Virus record (IMG/VR): IMGVR_UViG_3300043774_000656
Span: 32,001-96,000 of that record
Direction: 5' to 3' (one strand)
Length of the DNA: 64,000 nucleotides
DNA from: a virus
Part shown: piece after piece, positions 21,421-31,130 of the stretch
How positions within the stretch are numbered: the stretch's first letter is position 1
Layout of the letters: every line of letters starts with the position of its first letter
Notes under the pieces: model-generated
Database searches by the model: none
What the model saw: the letters and a program-made list of their open reading frames with translations, nothing else
Told to the model about the DNA's origin: nothing
Position numbers and translations under genes: made by a program

Positions 21421-21758
21421 TAGTTATTAGGCCAAGGTTTGATAGTTTCCATCCAGCTTTCAATGTGCTTATCGGTTTTTTCTTTATCAAAACCCATTTC
21501 AGCACAGCTTACACGGAGTCTTTGTTCTATTGAAGACAACTGCGACTCTAGATCACTCAGAATAATCTTTTCATACTCACCATGTCTTCTACTACCATCT
21601 GTCTGATTATTTGCAACAACTTTACCCCAGTCTGAAAGTGCTAGATTTCTTTTAGCCTTGAGAATACCTACACCTTTCATGTAAGCTCTACGTTGTCTTC
21701 TGTTCATCCATACTTTCTGCTGCTTGTTGACCTCTAGATTGTTTTGGTTCTCTTCCAT
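21420..21758 (-). CDS. hypothetical protein (NRRQRR basic motif)
   Basis: ORF coupled to neighbours. Confidence 0.65.
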   Translation of the reverse strand: MEENQNNLEVNKQQKVWMNRRQRRAYMKGVGILKAKRNLALSDWGKVVANNQTDGSRRHGEYEKIILSDLESQLSSIEQRLRVSCAEMGFDKEKTDKHIESWMETIKPWPNN

Positions 21759-22218
21759 GATTATAGAATTTAAGAATTTGTGTTTTTATTTGTTCTCTAA
21801 CTTGTTTATGTAATTCGTTTTTATCTATGTGAAGCATAAGCATATCAACTACAATTGAGTCGACATCTGCATCAAACGAGTCCTTAATAAGATTATATAC
21901 TGTGGCCTTAGGGATATCTAAATCAAATCTATAAGCAAACTGTAATTTCTCCTTTGTTGCTTGATTAAGTAAAGCTTTAATAGGATTAGGATCTTCTTTC
22001 TTCTGTACAGGTTCTTTCTGTCTAGGTTCTGGCCTAGTTTTAGTAATAGACATATCCATTGCAATTTCACCTTCTACTTGTAACATAAATTCTTGTAAAA
22101 GGTTAACGCTGATACGTCCACCACTTTTGAAATAAACCCATTCCTCGTCATGTGAGTGATATAACTCTACATTACCAGACTTTTCTCCTTTAATCCATTG
22201 ATACTTTTCAGCGAACAT
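21688..22218 (-). CDS. hypothetical protein
   Basis: 176-aa ORF with upstream promoter-like motif. Confidence 0.65.
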   Translation of the reverse strand: MFAEKYQWIKGEKSGNVELYHSHDEEWVYFKSGGRISVNLLQEFMLQVEGEIAMDMSITKTRPEPRQKEPVQKKEDPNPIKALLNQATKEKLQFAYRFDLDIPKATVYNLIKDSFDADVDSIVVDMLMLHIDKNELHKQVREQIKTQILKFYNHGREPKQSRGQQAAESMDEQKTT

Positions 22219-22223
22219 AAAGG

Positions 22224-22250
22224 TTATATGCTAAAAGAATTAAATGTTTA
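22224..22250 (-). promoter_or_regulatory. putative middle promoter TAAAC-N17-TATAA
   Basis: recurrent spaced motif. Confidence 0.5.
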
Positions 22251-22251
22251 A

Positions 22252-24183
22252 TTACAATTGTGTCGTAATAAGATTGCCATAGTCATCCACTGTTATGGCA
22301 AATCTAGTGCCATTAGGTGAAGCTAAGATAATACAACCTTCAGGTGCTGAAGGGTTTGTTACATCAGCAGGTTGTGTTAGTTCTAAATAAGTTGCACTTC
22401 CGGCAATTTCAATAGGAGTGGCTGTAGAAAAACCATTTTGACAAACATCATTCAAATCTACACTGATATCTATTGCAACAGAATTTGTACCGCCTGTCGA
22501 AGGTGATGTATTTACTGTTGTTCCAATACCATCTACGAAATCTATACCGGTAAATGAGCCATCTAGTGAACCGTTTGCATATATGTCGATCTGATTAGGT
22601 GTTGCAATATTAGCCTCAACCGCTACAGTATCTGTGCCAGCCTGGTCTGTTACAGTCCAGGTTATTTCAGTATTGTCTTTAAACGCTAAATTAAGACGAG
22701 GTGCATTCAATACTGTTATAACCGCAGGCGCAGGATCCTGTACACCTACTATAACCTTTGATTCAGCTTCTACGGTTACATTATCACCGGTACCAAGAGT
22801 TGCTGTAAATATAACATTACTAGTATCTGTAAAATCCAGATTATGTACAGTACCAACACTTGAAGTATTAGATTGCACTGTTATCTTCGGGTCTACAAGC
22901 TCAACAGTAGCTGCACTTGAAGTTACACCTGTCACTGTAAAGCTACCAAAGCTATTTGCAATAAAATCTAGACCAGCATATGCTCCTATAAGTGTGCCAT
23001 CTTCATATACATCTATGATGGCTGAACTAGCCGCAGAAAGGTCTATTACGTTAGGTGTAGTTGTATCAATGGTAATACTACCATCAGTTGATGATAAAAC
23101 TCTATAAGCCGTGTTTGTAAATGGGCCACCATAAGTACTAGCTATTATATAGTCACTTGAATCAGTCGGTTTACTAGTTACATTATTCCAGTGTACTTGA
23201 CCGCCACCGCCAGATGTTGTTAACTGTGTTTTTGTAAAATATCTAGTATCGTGATTATGGGCAAATGGCGCGGTTGCGAAACCCGTGTCAAGACTATAAG
23301 TCATTGCTACGTTATTCCATTTACCGGTGCCAAAATTATATCTAAGCAATTGATTATTAGCTAATGCTGAAAATTGTACATCACTTAAACCTGAAAGTGA
23401 AGCAGAGACTGCAGCCTGGTTTTCCCATTTCTTTGTACTGTTATTCCAAACTAATGTATGACCAGTTGCAAGAGTACCTGTATTTATAGTTACGTCTTCT
23501 AATTGATTATTAGAGTTAGGATAAAGTATAGAGTAGTTAGTTAATGTAGTAGGAACTATAGTATGGGTATGTACATTGTAGTCAGCAGCAAGTGCGGAAA
23601 TATCAACACCATCTACAGTTATGGCATTTGCAAGTGTGATATTACCAGTAAAATATGATGTGCCGTATACAGTTAATTTATAAAGGCTATTTACATTACC
23701 ACTCCCTATAATAACCTGCCCGGTATGTATGGCTTTTGCATTATTTACACCAGCTCCAATGCTTGGATCACCCACTGGCAACCACCACTTAACAGCATTA
23801 TCTTTTATACTTAGGTTTGCATTAGCTCCTACAATTGAAATATTGAAGTCATCAGGTGCAACTGTAAGTGTATTAACTGAACCTGATGTTGTACCATCTG
23901 TTACAGTGATGTTAGTACCAGCTGCAGCAGCTGCACCAATTGCCTCCCATTGTGCAGGATCCCATGCACTTACAGGACCATTATCAACTAAAGCTCTATA
24001 CCATGCTAGACCTGAAGCACTTCCTGTATCATCTGGATCGTGATAAACAATATAGCCTTCTTTATAATATCTGGTTGGTACCCAAGGATTTGCAACATAG
24101 AGGAAGTTGCTATCTACTTCACCCCAAGATAATTCTCTTTGTTGCTCGGTCCTTAGTTTAATATATTCTGATAAATGCGCCAT
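22252..24183 (-). CDS. tail fibre-like virion protein
   Basis: ELSWGEVDSNF N-terminal fibre motif, LSGLSDV/LVWN repeats, HNHDTRY metal-binding motif, C-terminal LASPNGTRFAITVDDYG. Confidence 0.7.
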   Translation of the reverse strand: MAHLSEYIKLRTEQQRELSWGEVDSNFLYVANPWVPTRYYKEGYIVYHDPDDTGSASGLAWYRALVDNGPVSAWDPAQWEAIGAAAAAGTNITVTDGTTSGSVNTLTVAPDDFNISIVGANANLSIKDNAVKWWLPVGDPSIGAGVNNAKAIHTGQVIIGSGNVNSLYKLTVYGTSYFTGNITLANAITVDGVDISALAADYNVHTHTIVPTTLTNYSILYPNSNNQLEDVTINTGTLATGHTLVWNNSTKKWENQAAVSASLSGLSDVQFSALANNQLLRYNFGTGKWNNVAMTYSLDTGFATAPFAHNHDTRYFTKTQLTTSGGGGQVHWNNVTSKPTDSSDYIIASTYGGPFTNTAYRVLSSTDGSITIDTTTPNVIDLSAASSAIIDVYEDGTLIGAYAGLDFIANSFGSFTVTGVTSSAATVELVDPKITVQSNTSSVGTVHNLDFTDTSNVIFTATLGTGDNVTVEAESKVIVGVQDPAPAVITVLNAPRLNLAFKDNTEITWTVTDQAGTDTVAVEANIATPNQIDIYANGSLDGSFTGIDFVDGIGTTVNTSPSTGGTNSVAIDISVDLNDVCQNGFSTATPIEIAGSATYLELTQPADVTNPSAPEGCIILASPNGTRFAITVDDYGNLITTQL

Positions 24184-24208
24184 GGCTTTATATTTGTTTA
24201 TTTATTGA

Positions 24209-24922
24209 TCAGGGTGTTGTACGTAAATACATTTTACGCAAAGGTGCAGTGCTAATACCTGCTGTAAGCGGGGTCTTGTTTATAACAAAGAAAAGCTTGT
24301 AAAGTTCAAACGTAAACTCAACATAGCCTATAGCGGCATAGCATAAATTAACATACTGACCCTGTATGAATAATCTATTCAGTCTACCAAATATCTTATT
24401 GTAAACATCTATAAAACCAGCTACAGTATTTTTAAATCTTTCTATTACTACTGCTATCTGATCTTGTCTTCTAAGGTCAAATCTGCTACTGTTGATTATC
24501 TTAAGTGCACTGGTTACATCCTTAACAGTAAAGGACATTTGATATTCTTTTATGTAGCTATTGATATTAAAACTTTCAAGTGCTACAAGGTTACCTACAT
24601 TACAGAAAAACTCAGATGACTCAAAGTACACCTGAAATGGGTCATAGGTATTATAAAGAAATTGACCAACCGTTGTTGTAACAGGTTCCTGTATAGCTAA
24701 TCTTGGATCGTCTGTGTAGGGACTTCTTTTAGACTGGACCTTTTTAAGATACTTATTGGTATATTCCAATTTAAGTGCCTCAAGTGTCGGATAGGTGACA
24801 TATTGTTTTTTAGCACCCTTTTGAGTATAACTTACTCTTATTTCAGTAGCAGTAAATGAATTTTTACGTAATGACTCCAGTAAATCAATAATAGTCTTAA
24901 CCGAAGTAGACTCAATAACCAT
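24209..24922 (-). CDS. hypothetical protein
   Basis: 237-aa ORF with late-type motif upstream. Confidence 0.65.
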   Translation of the reverse strand: MVIESTSVKTIIDLLESLRKNSFTATEIRVSYTQKGAKKQYVTYPTLEALKLEYTNKYLKKVQSKRSPYTDDPRLAIQEPVTTTVGQFLYNTYDPFQVYFESSEFFCNVGNLVALESFNINSYIKEYQMSFTVKDVTSALKIINSSRFDLRRQDQIAVVIERFKNTVAGFIDVYNKIFGRLNRLFIQGQYVNLCYAAIGYVEFTFELYKLFFVINKTPLTAGISTAPLRKMYLRTTP

Positions 24923-24943
24923 TAAGTATGTGCGCTATTTTGA

Positions 24944-24951
24944 GTATATAT
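24944..24951 (-). promoter_or_regulatory. putative late promoter ATATATAC
   Basis: 19-nt context identical to the copy at 12436-12454. Confidence 0.55.
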
Positions 24952-25440
24952 TTAGCACTGTTGGCACTGTATGCCAGCTCTCATCAAAAGTTCCAAACCA
25001 TCTTTCTGTCTATACTCTTCTCTATAGAAAACTCTCTTAATTCCAGATTGGATTATAAGCTTTGCGCATTCAAAGCACGGGGAAAGTGTAACATATAAAT
25101 CTGCGTCTTCTGAGCTGTTTGAAGATTTTGCAACTTTACTGATAGCATTTGACTCAGCATGTAGAACCTCTCTTTTTGTAATAAGCTTTTTTGCTATACC
25201 GTTATCCAGTTCATATCCATAATCTATCAAAAGTTCTGCAGCATCAGGATTGTCATAATATCTTTCTTCATATTCCTCACAATCATTACCAAATCCATTA
25301 GGTGTGCCATTATAACCATGGCTTATAATAGCCCCATCCTTGACCAAAATACATCCGACCTTTTTACGTTCAGCATATGACAACTGAGAAATTTCCTCAG
25401 CGATATTCATATAGACTTTATTTATGTCGATTCTTGGCAT
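24952..25440 (-). CDS. dCMP deaminase
   Basis: KVGC, GYNG, HAESNAI, SPCFEC zinc-binding motifs. Confidence 0.92.
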   Translation of the reverse strand: MPRIDINKVYMNIAEEISQLSYAERKKVGCILVKDGAIISHGYNGTPNGFGNDCEEYEERYYDNPDAAELLIDYGYELDNGIAKKLITKREVLHAESNAISKVAKSSNSSEDADLYVTLSPCFECAKLIIQSGIKRVFYREEYRQKDGLELLMRAGIQCQQC

Positions 25441-25445
25441 AAGTC

Positions 25446-25472
25446 TTATATTCTATAAAGTAAAATGGTTTA
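25446..25472 (-). promoter_or_regulatory. putative middle promoter TAAAC-N17-TATAA
   Basis: recurrent spaced motif upstream of dCMP deaminase. Confidence 0.5.
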
Positions 25473-26567
25473 GAGATTGACGCCGTACCAGAAAGCAGGA
25501 TTGTCATACAAACACTCAGGTATCTTATAGCCTAAGATGTATTTGCCGGTGGCAGTGATTGCACTATACATAGAAGTCTTCATTTTATCTATGTCAGATC
25601 CTGATATCTTTAAGCCATAAAAATCTTGAACAAGATTCAGATACATTAAATGTGATGTAATACCATTTTGGCCAGGTTGAGTATTGACCTCAATTAACCA
25701 ATGTTTACCTTCTACATCTACTGCAACGTCAATTGCAAACATATTCATACCTGGACTAACAGATAAAACGTCCTTGACCATATTTGAAATTTCATCTATG
25801 CTTGGGCAATTCTCATCACCATTGTAAATATCAACAGCAGTCCATGTAAATTTAGAACTTTCATTATCTGCAATCTCATCATGTGATGAACCTTCTGCAA
25901 CACGTAGAGACATTGCTTTTTCGTTTGCTGGTGTTCTAAGTGACAGGGAAAGTAACTTAGGCGTCTGATCTTTTTTACCTTTAAAGATTATCGCCCTGTA
26001 CTCTTTATCAATCTTGAAAGCTTCTTGATACAGATCATAACTATCTTCAGTAGCTGTAAGCTCTTCATAGGTATCAAATTTCTTGACGCCTTTTGATTGC
26101 CATGAAGCTTCTGCTTTCGCTATGATTGGAAATTTTAAAGTTTTAGTTTCAGCAACACTGAATACTGTCTTAGCAACATACTTACTACCTGCAATATTTA
26201 GTTCCTTATACAGATTGACCTTTCTTAATTTAAGAGAGTCTTCCGGTAAATTATACATTAACTGCGGATTGTAACCAGAGTCAAGCACAGATTGTGTATA
26301 TGTAGTAACGTAGCCTAGAGCAGGCAGACCGTCATTTATCTTTTTAGTATTACCTATAAAATCAAGTTGCTTGATAACATTGAAAAGATCATGTTGAGCT
26401 ATGTCATAAATTTCATCTATGCCAGTTGCTTTATCAATTCCGAACCAGTGTTCACCAGAAAAGCAATTAACCTTTTTGGCAATCAGCATGTCGAACCTGT
26501 TATCAGGAGCCTCTCTCATATGTGAAAGACCCTCATTTACGAATTGTTTAAACGAATGTAATTTCAT
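25470..26567 (-). CDS. ATP-grasp ligase (RimK-like) with putative capsid-targeting N-terminus
   Basis: FPIIAK..SWQSKGV, YQE..EYR, AIDV..WLIEVNTQPG ATP-grasp motifs; N-terminus MKLHSFKQFVNE. Confidence 0.75.
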   Translation of the reverse strand: MKLHSFKQFVNEGLSHMREAPDNRFDMLIAKKVNCFSGEHWFGIDKATGIDEIYDIAQHDLFNVIKQLDFIGNTKKINDGLPALGYVTTYTQSVLDSGYNPQLMYNLPEDSLKLRKVNLYKELNIAGSKYVAKTVFSVAETKTLKFPIIAKAEASWQSKGVKKFDTYEELTATEDSYDLYQEAFKIDKEYRAIIFKGKKDQTPKLLSLSLRTPANEKAMSLRVAEGSSHDEIADNESSKFTWTAVDIYNGDENCPSIDEISNMVKDVLSVSPGMNMFAIDVAVDVEGKHWLIEVNTQPGQNGITSHLMYLNLVQDFYGLKISGSDIDKMKTSMYSAITATGKYILGYKIPECLYDNPAFWYGVNL

Positions 26568-26830
26568 TAGTACTCTGCGCCTTTTATGTCACCATACATG
26601 ACTTCGACCTGCTTACCTTTTTTATCTAGAGCTTTGAAGCCAACGTTGTTGCCATCATGTATGATGCCATTCTTGTCGTGCATAAAAGATGTGATGAAAT
26701 ATCTCTCATTATCTTTAGTGATAATATCTACCTCATCATGTTTTTTAAGCAAATCTTGTATTATCTCCTGGGTAAAATCAACATCCTTTGTTGATTTTTT
26801 TTCCAAAATAAAATCTCTAAATTTCTTCAT
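26567..26830 (-). CDS. small putative internal head protein
   Basis: N-terminus MKKFRDFILE; late motif upstream. Confidence 0.6.
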   Translation of the reverse strand: MKKFRDFILEKKSTKDVDFTQEIIQDLLKKHDEVDIITKDNERYFITSFMHDKNGIIHDGNNVGFKALDKKGKQVEVMYGDIKGAEY

Positions 26831-26833
26831 GAT

Positions 26834-26841
26834 GTATATAT
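26834..26841 (-). promoter_or_regulatory. putative late promoter ATATATAC
   Basis: motif 3 nt upstream of ATG. Confidence 0.5.
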
Positions 26842-27182
26842 CATTTCATGAAAACCTGTATACAGATGATACCACCGGCAAGCAATAAAGAAAGACCGGT
26901 CTTCAGGTTTACATTTTCACCCATGTAGTAATAAGCCAGAATAGTAAACACAAAAACACCGGTAGCAAAACCTAACATTCTGCCAGGCCATGTGGCACCA
27001 AATCCTTCATAGCTCATTCTTGTTGCATGGATAAACAGATAAGAAATAGGTACACCAAATAGAGATACAAGTAAAGTATTGCTCTTAAACCAGTTAGAGA
27101 TAAACTGACCATTTGATTGATACCAGATAAGTATTTGACCTATCGTAAATAGAGTCATTGAGAGCAAAATGTTCTTATTCAT
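26841..27182 (-). CDS. small membrane protein with about 4 TM helices (SMR/DMT-like topology)
   Basis: four hydrophobic segments in 113 aa. Confidence 0.6.
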   Translation of the reverse strand: MNKNILLSMTLFTIGQILIWYQSNGQFISNWFKSNTLLVSLFGVPISYLFIHATRMSYEGFGATWPGRMLGFATGVFVFTILAYYYMGENVNLKTGLSLLLAGGIICIQVFMK

Positions 27183-27999
27183 TATTCATAAATTTCTTGT
27201 GGTACCAAAATCTACGGCCTTTACTATCTTCAACACTTTCCATTTTACCATAACATTGAAGCCAGTCTCTGAATGATGTATCTGCAAGTCTACCCATCTT
27301 TTCATTGATACGTCCTCTACCATAGCCACGTTTAAATGGATTATCCCAATCTTTAAGTTCACCACCTCCTACTAGATAAGCTTCCTGGCAAACATCATGA
27401 CAAAGCTCAAGCAGGTCATCACTTAAAATCTTAACTGCTGGTAAAAATGGATTGACTCCTGATCTATAAAGGATCTCAGCTCTTAGATAGTTGCCGATAC
27501 CGTTAAAGTATTTTTGATCCATCATTATTTCATAGATGGGCTTTTCGAAAAGCTTTTTATTTGAAGATGACTTGACGTGTTCTACGAAGCCTTCATACTC
27601 TGAAAGCGGGCAAGGGCCTCTCTTATTACTCCAACTTTCAGTCCAGTCCCATTTTGCAAATCGACGGACGTCTACCATCATTAGACTATATCCATCTTCT
27701 CTATAAAATTTAAGATGTGCATGTTTAACCATTTCACCGGGACTGGCAAGATACCAGTTGCCGCTCATGCCCATTGCAAACTTAATGCTACGTTCCTCAC
27801 CTGCCATTGATATTAAGGTAAGCATTAATTCCTTACCTCGGCTTTGGGCCTCAATTGTAAAAGGCATTCCTCCAAATGGATCTTCCATTTGAGTTTTAAC
27901 TTTAGTCTCAGGTGACTTTCTGATGTTAGTGTATATCTGACCTTCTGAAACTGAGTTAATGTACTCAGACATGATTTTGACTTCTGCTAATTCAGGCAT
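27175..27999 (-). CDS. nei: Fpg/Nei family DNA glycosylase/AP lyase, NEIL1-like
   Basis: true start MPELAEV (catalytic Pro2/Glu3); RGKEL, GMSG, H2TH QKYFNGIGNYLRAEILYR; no Cys4 zinc finger. Confidence 0.9.
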   Translation of the reverse strand: MPELAEVKIMSEYINSVSEGQIYTNIRKSPETKVKTQMEDPFGGMPFTIEAQSRGKELMLTLISMAGEERSIKFAMGMSGNWYLASPGEMVKHAHLKFYREDGYSLMMVDVRRFAKWDWTESWSNKRGPCPLSEYEGFVEHVKSSSNKKLFEKPIYEIMMDQKYFNGIGNYLRAEILYRSGVNPFLPAVKILSDDLLELCHDVCQEAYLVGGGELKDWDNPFKRGYGRGRINEKMGRLADTSFRDWLQCYGKMESVEDSKGRRFWYHKKFMNNE

Positions 28000-28192
28000 C
28001 TGCTTCTTTGCTAGTGAAAATGTAGGTGTTATCAAAATCACCATAAGGTTCACCTAGCGTCACATTAAAATGTTTTCTTAGTTCGGTCAATTCAGACTGA
28101 AGCAAGTTTACACCTAATCTATAAGACGCTTGTGTCTTAAGTCTTTCGTTTACGTGATTGATGATAACTACCAACTTTTCTGGGTTAAACAT
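27992..28192 (-). CDS. hypothetical protein
   Basis: 66-aa ORF coupled to neighbours. Confidence 0.55.
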   Translation of the reverse strand: MFNPEKLVVIINHVNERLKTQASYRLGVNLLQSELTELRKHFNVTLGEPYGDFDNTYIFTSKEADA

Positions 28193-29517
28193 TATTTGAC
28201 ATTATTTATATTGTCGGCTTCTGACTTATCATTCCTGATCTCAATAAACCTAGGTAAGAAAAGGCTATGGTTGCCATGCTTATCCGTAATGCTCAAGTTA
28301 TATTGAATGGCTACGATTTTGCCGATCAGCTCATTCTTATTTATCAAACCATTGAACATTTCAAGATCAGCATCAGTAAAGCCAGAACCAACGTCTACTC
28401 TCAATTTGCCAGTAGAGTCAGATACACAGAGACTGCCAACATAACCTGTACGTCGACCTTCACCTGGGATCCAGCCTGTAACAATTAAGTCACAGTCATT
28501 AACTTCCTTAAGCTTGATCCAGTTTCTGCTACGTTTACATTCATACACTGCATCAGTTTTGCAGATAACACCTTCACCGCCGTTCTTAACAATTTCTTTA
28601 TACTGATCCATCATCTCATTGACGCTATTGAAAGTCCAACGCTCTGATAGACAAATATGCTTACAGTTTTCTGTCAGATGTAACCACAGCAAATCAAGAA
28701 CATTTCTACGATCAGTATACTTTATTTTACCTTTACCTGCAGTAAGTACCTTTTCTTCCTCAAAGTCAAATATGTTGAACATGAACTCTTTAGAAATTTC
28801 TCCATCTACTTTACCCTTGAGCATTCTGTTCAGTTTACCTGATACTGACTTGCGATCATGGTCAGTTAGCTCACCATCAAAGAACCAGCCTTCAAAATCA
28901 AAGTTAGGATTTGAGGCTACCATCTTATGAAGCTCGATATTCACATACTTCATATGTTCAGTAGGTACCTGATTGAAGTTTCTGGTAAAATACTGGAAGT
29001 CACCGTCTTTATAGATTGCAATAATACGAACTCCGTCATATTTATGCTCACAGTAGATGGTGTCCCATTTTTCAATAAGCTCTACGTCATCTTCTGAAAG
29101 CATCAAGCTTGGGTTAGGTATCAGCTCACGTCCTACAGCTTTATTGATAGACTTAGCCTGTATACCTATGTTGAGGTTCTTAGTAAGTACATCATAAAGT
29201 GTTTGTTGCAATTCAGATGGGAAACTAGATATAACCCAGTGTGCCTCTTCGCGCAATTCTTTATTTGCAGACTTAGCGTCTTTAAGTTTTTGTACTAGAT
29301 CTTTAACCGCCTTAAATGTATCTGAAGTCCCAAATACAATTCCTACTTCCATGTCTAGCTTATTAAGCTTGGTAGTAATAAATGGGTTGTATGCAACCTC
29401 AAGTAGAAACTCCAATTCAGGAGTTAGATTCTGCTTAAGTATACGCTGCATCTGGTCCTGTGAACCTTTACCAGTACAGGCTGCAATTTTTTGCAATGTC
29501 TCTAATGCTTTAATCAT
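28192..29517 (-). CDS. lig: ATP-dependent DNA ligase
   Basis: EHKYDGVR motif I, FDGEL, FNIFD, GEGVICK, WIKLK, VGSGF, LFLPRF. Confidence 0.95.
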   Translation of the reverse strand: MIKALETLQKIAACTGKGSQDQMQRILKQNLTPELEFLLEVAYNPFITTKLNKLDMEVGIVFGTSDTFKAVKDLVQKLKDAKSANKELREEAHWVISSFPSELQQTLYDVLTKNLNIGIQAKSINKAVGRELIPNPSLMLSEDDVELIEKWDTIYCEHKYDGVRIIAIYKDGDFQYFTRNFNQVPTEHMKYVNIELHKMVASNPNFDFEGWFFDGELTDHDRKSVSGKLNRMLKGKVDGEISKEFMFNIFDFEEEKVLTAGKGKIKYTDRRNVLDLLWLHLTENCKHICLSERWTFNSVNEMMDQYKEIVKNGGEGVICKTDAVYECKRSRNWIKLKEVNDCDLIVTGWIPGEGRRTGYVGSLCVSDSTGKLRVDVGSGFTDADLEMFNGLINKNELIGKIVAIQYNLSITDKHGNHSLFLPRFIEIRNDKSEADNINNVK

Positions 29518-29518
29518 A

Positions 29519-29818
29519 TTATGCGTGTGTATGTTCTAATTGAAAAGTTAACTCTAATCCCCATGGGAGTTTATAAGCAGTGAAACCGCCTGTGCCTACG
29601 TTTGTAACGTCTGCTTTATCATAGATAGCCCTTGTCAAAAGATCCCTTGCCGTAAAGCGTAAATCGTCCATATCTGGTACTTCCATTCTTCCGTCACCCT
29701 TATACCATTTCCAGTCCTTTTCCTGCATGTGGTTTAACACCGCTTCGAAGTTAAAGCTTTTCATAATGTCGTAAGCTTTTTTCTCAAGTTCAGAATCTGT
29801 GAATTTTTCGTGTGCCAT
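29519..29818 (-). CDS. hypothetical protein
   Basis: ORF downstream of early promoter. Confidence 0.7.
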   Translation of the reverse strand: MAHEKFTDSELEKKAYDIMKSFNFEAVLNHMQEKDWKWYKGDGRMEVPDMDDLRFTARDLLTRAIYDKADVTNVGTGGFTAYKLPWGLELTFQLEHTHA

Positions 29819-29843
29819 GTTGATTATGTTTATTGTTATGGTG

Positions 29844-29874
29844 TAAATATAACTAGACTAGGTTCAATCTGAAA
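29844..29874 (-). promoter_or_regulatory. early (host sigmaA-type) promoter TTTC-N19-TATATTTA
   Basis: repeat-family member with CACCATAACAAT leader. Confidence 0.75.
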
Positions 29875-29888
29875 GTTATTTGCAGATT

Positions 29889-30458
29889 TTACTTTTTCCA
29901 GTTATTGAAAGCCCATGAGACATCTTCTGAAACATGAGCTTTAGGTTGAGATGGTTCGTACTTACTATAAGGATTGTAGACAGGCTTGCTGGTCTGTTCA
30001 GGCTTTAAGCTTGCAGCCATTGATTTCAGTATACTGAATAGTCTGTGCGACTGGCCTATACTGATAATACTGTCTCTAACGTTTTTATAAATGAAAGCAC
30101 TTGCTGATTCATAACCTTCGTTTTCCAGCAAGTCAATTACTTTAGCACCGACTTCATTGAATACGTCTTCAGAAGGATTAAGGACTGGAGCAACTTTGCA
30201 AATACCAATACCGCTAAGCTTCTGTTTATCGGATTTGCCGGACATCATTCCTCGCATTACACCAAAGCCACTACGTCTTGAGGCTTTATTGATAAGCTCT
30301 GCTGTCTGCTTATCTACTGGTTGAACTGTGTTGCCGGTTTTGTGATATACGATATCTACACAACCATAAGACTCTACTGTACTACAAGTTACGCAAACTT
30401 TATAGCCAAGTTCTGCCCTTTTTACAGGCATGTCGTTTTTACATTTCGCACATTTCAT
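29889..30458 (-). CDS. zinc-finger protein (CxxC..CxxC, TraR/DksA-like N-terminus)
   Basis: MKCAKC..RAELGYKVCVTC. Confidence 0.55.
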   Translation of the reverse strand: MKCAKCKNDMPVKRAELGYKVCVTCSTVESYGCVDIVYHKTGNTVQPVDKQTAELINKASRRSGFGVMRGMMSGKSDKQKLSGIGICKVAPVLNPSEDVFNEVGAKVIDLLENEGYESASAFIYKNVRDSIISIGQSHRLFSILKSMAASLKPEQTSKPVYNPYSKYEPSQPKAHVSEDVSWAFNNWKK

Positions 30459-30462
30459 AGTG

Positions 30463-30493
30463 TAAATATAACAAGCATCTTTTGCCTGTCAAA
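30463..30493 (-). promoter_or_regulatory. early promoter TTTG-N19-TATATTTA
   Basis: repeat-family member; -7 box only 4 nt from ATG, so possibly near-leaderless. Confidence 0.65.
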
Positions 30494-30500
30494 GAAATCT

Positions 30501-31130
30501 TCAGAAAAGTGAGTTGCTGTTATTTTTAGATATAACATAGTTGGAAATAAATGTAGTCCTGTGATGAACAGTAGGCCCATTTTCCAATAGGGCTTCACGA
30601 TGATCTGCAGTGCCATAACCTTTATTGCTTTCCCATTTATAAACAGGAAACTGTTCAGCAAGTCTGGTCATATAGCCATCTCTTTCGACTTTAGCCAAAA
30701 TAGAAGCTGCAGCAATTGAATAGTAGTTAGCATCACCTTTAACTACACAGGTATGCGGTATACTTCTGTAACCGTTAAACTTATCACCATCAACTATAAT
30801 ATGCTCAGGTGTTTGACCAAGACCGTCAAGAGCTTTATGCATAGTTTTAAAGGTGGCCTGAAGTATGTTGAAAGTATCTATTTCATGAACAGAACCATAG
30901 GCTACAGAATATGCTATGGCGTTCTTCTTAATTATTTCCACTGCCTCTAACCTTTGCTTCTCTGAAAGCTTTTTAGAGTCTTTAACCAGAGGATGGCTAA
31001 AATCTTTAGGTAGGATAACAGCTGCGGCAACTACAGGTCCAGCAAAGCAACCTCTACCTACTTCATCAACGCCTGCTTCTATACAGTCCTGTAAAAATGG
31101 CTTAAGTTTAGTCAATGTTTTTTGTGTCAT
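30501..31130 (-). CDS. rnhB: ribonuclease HII
   Basis: AGVDEVGRG, DSKKL, VDG, KGD..IAAASILAKV, NKGYGT..H, HRTTF. Confidence 0.95.
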   Translation of the reverse strand: MTQKTLTKLKPFLQDCIEAGVDEVGRGCFAGPVVAAAVILPKDFSHPLVKDSKKLSEKQRLEAVEIIKKNAIAYSVAYGSVHEIDTFNILQATFKTMHKALDGLGQTPEHIIVDGDKFNGYRSIPHTCVVKGDANYYSIAAASILAKVERDGYMTRLAEQFPVYKWESNKGYGTADHREALLENGPTVHHRTTFISNYVISKNNSNSLF

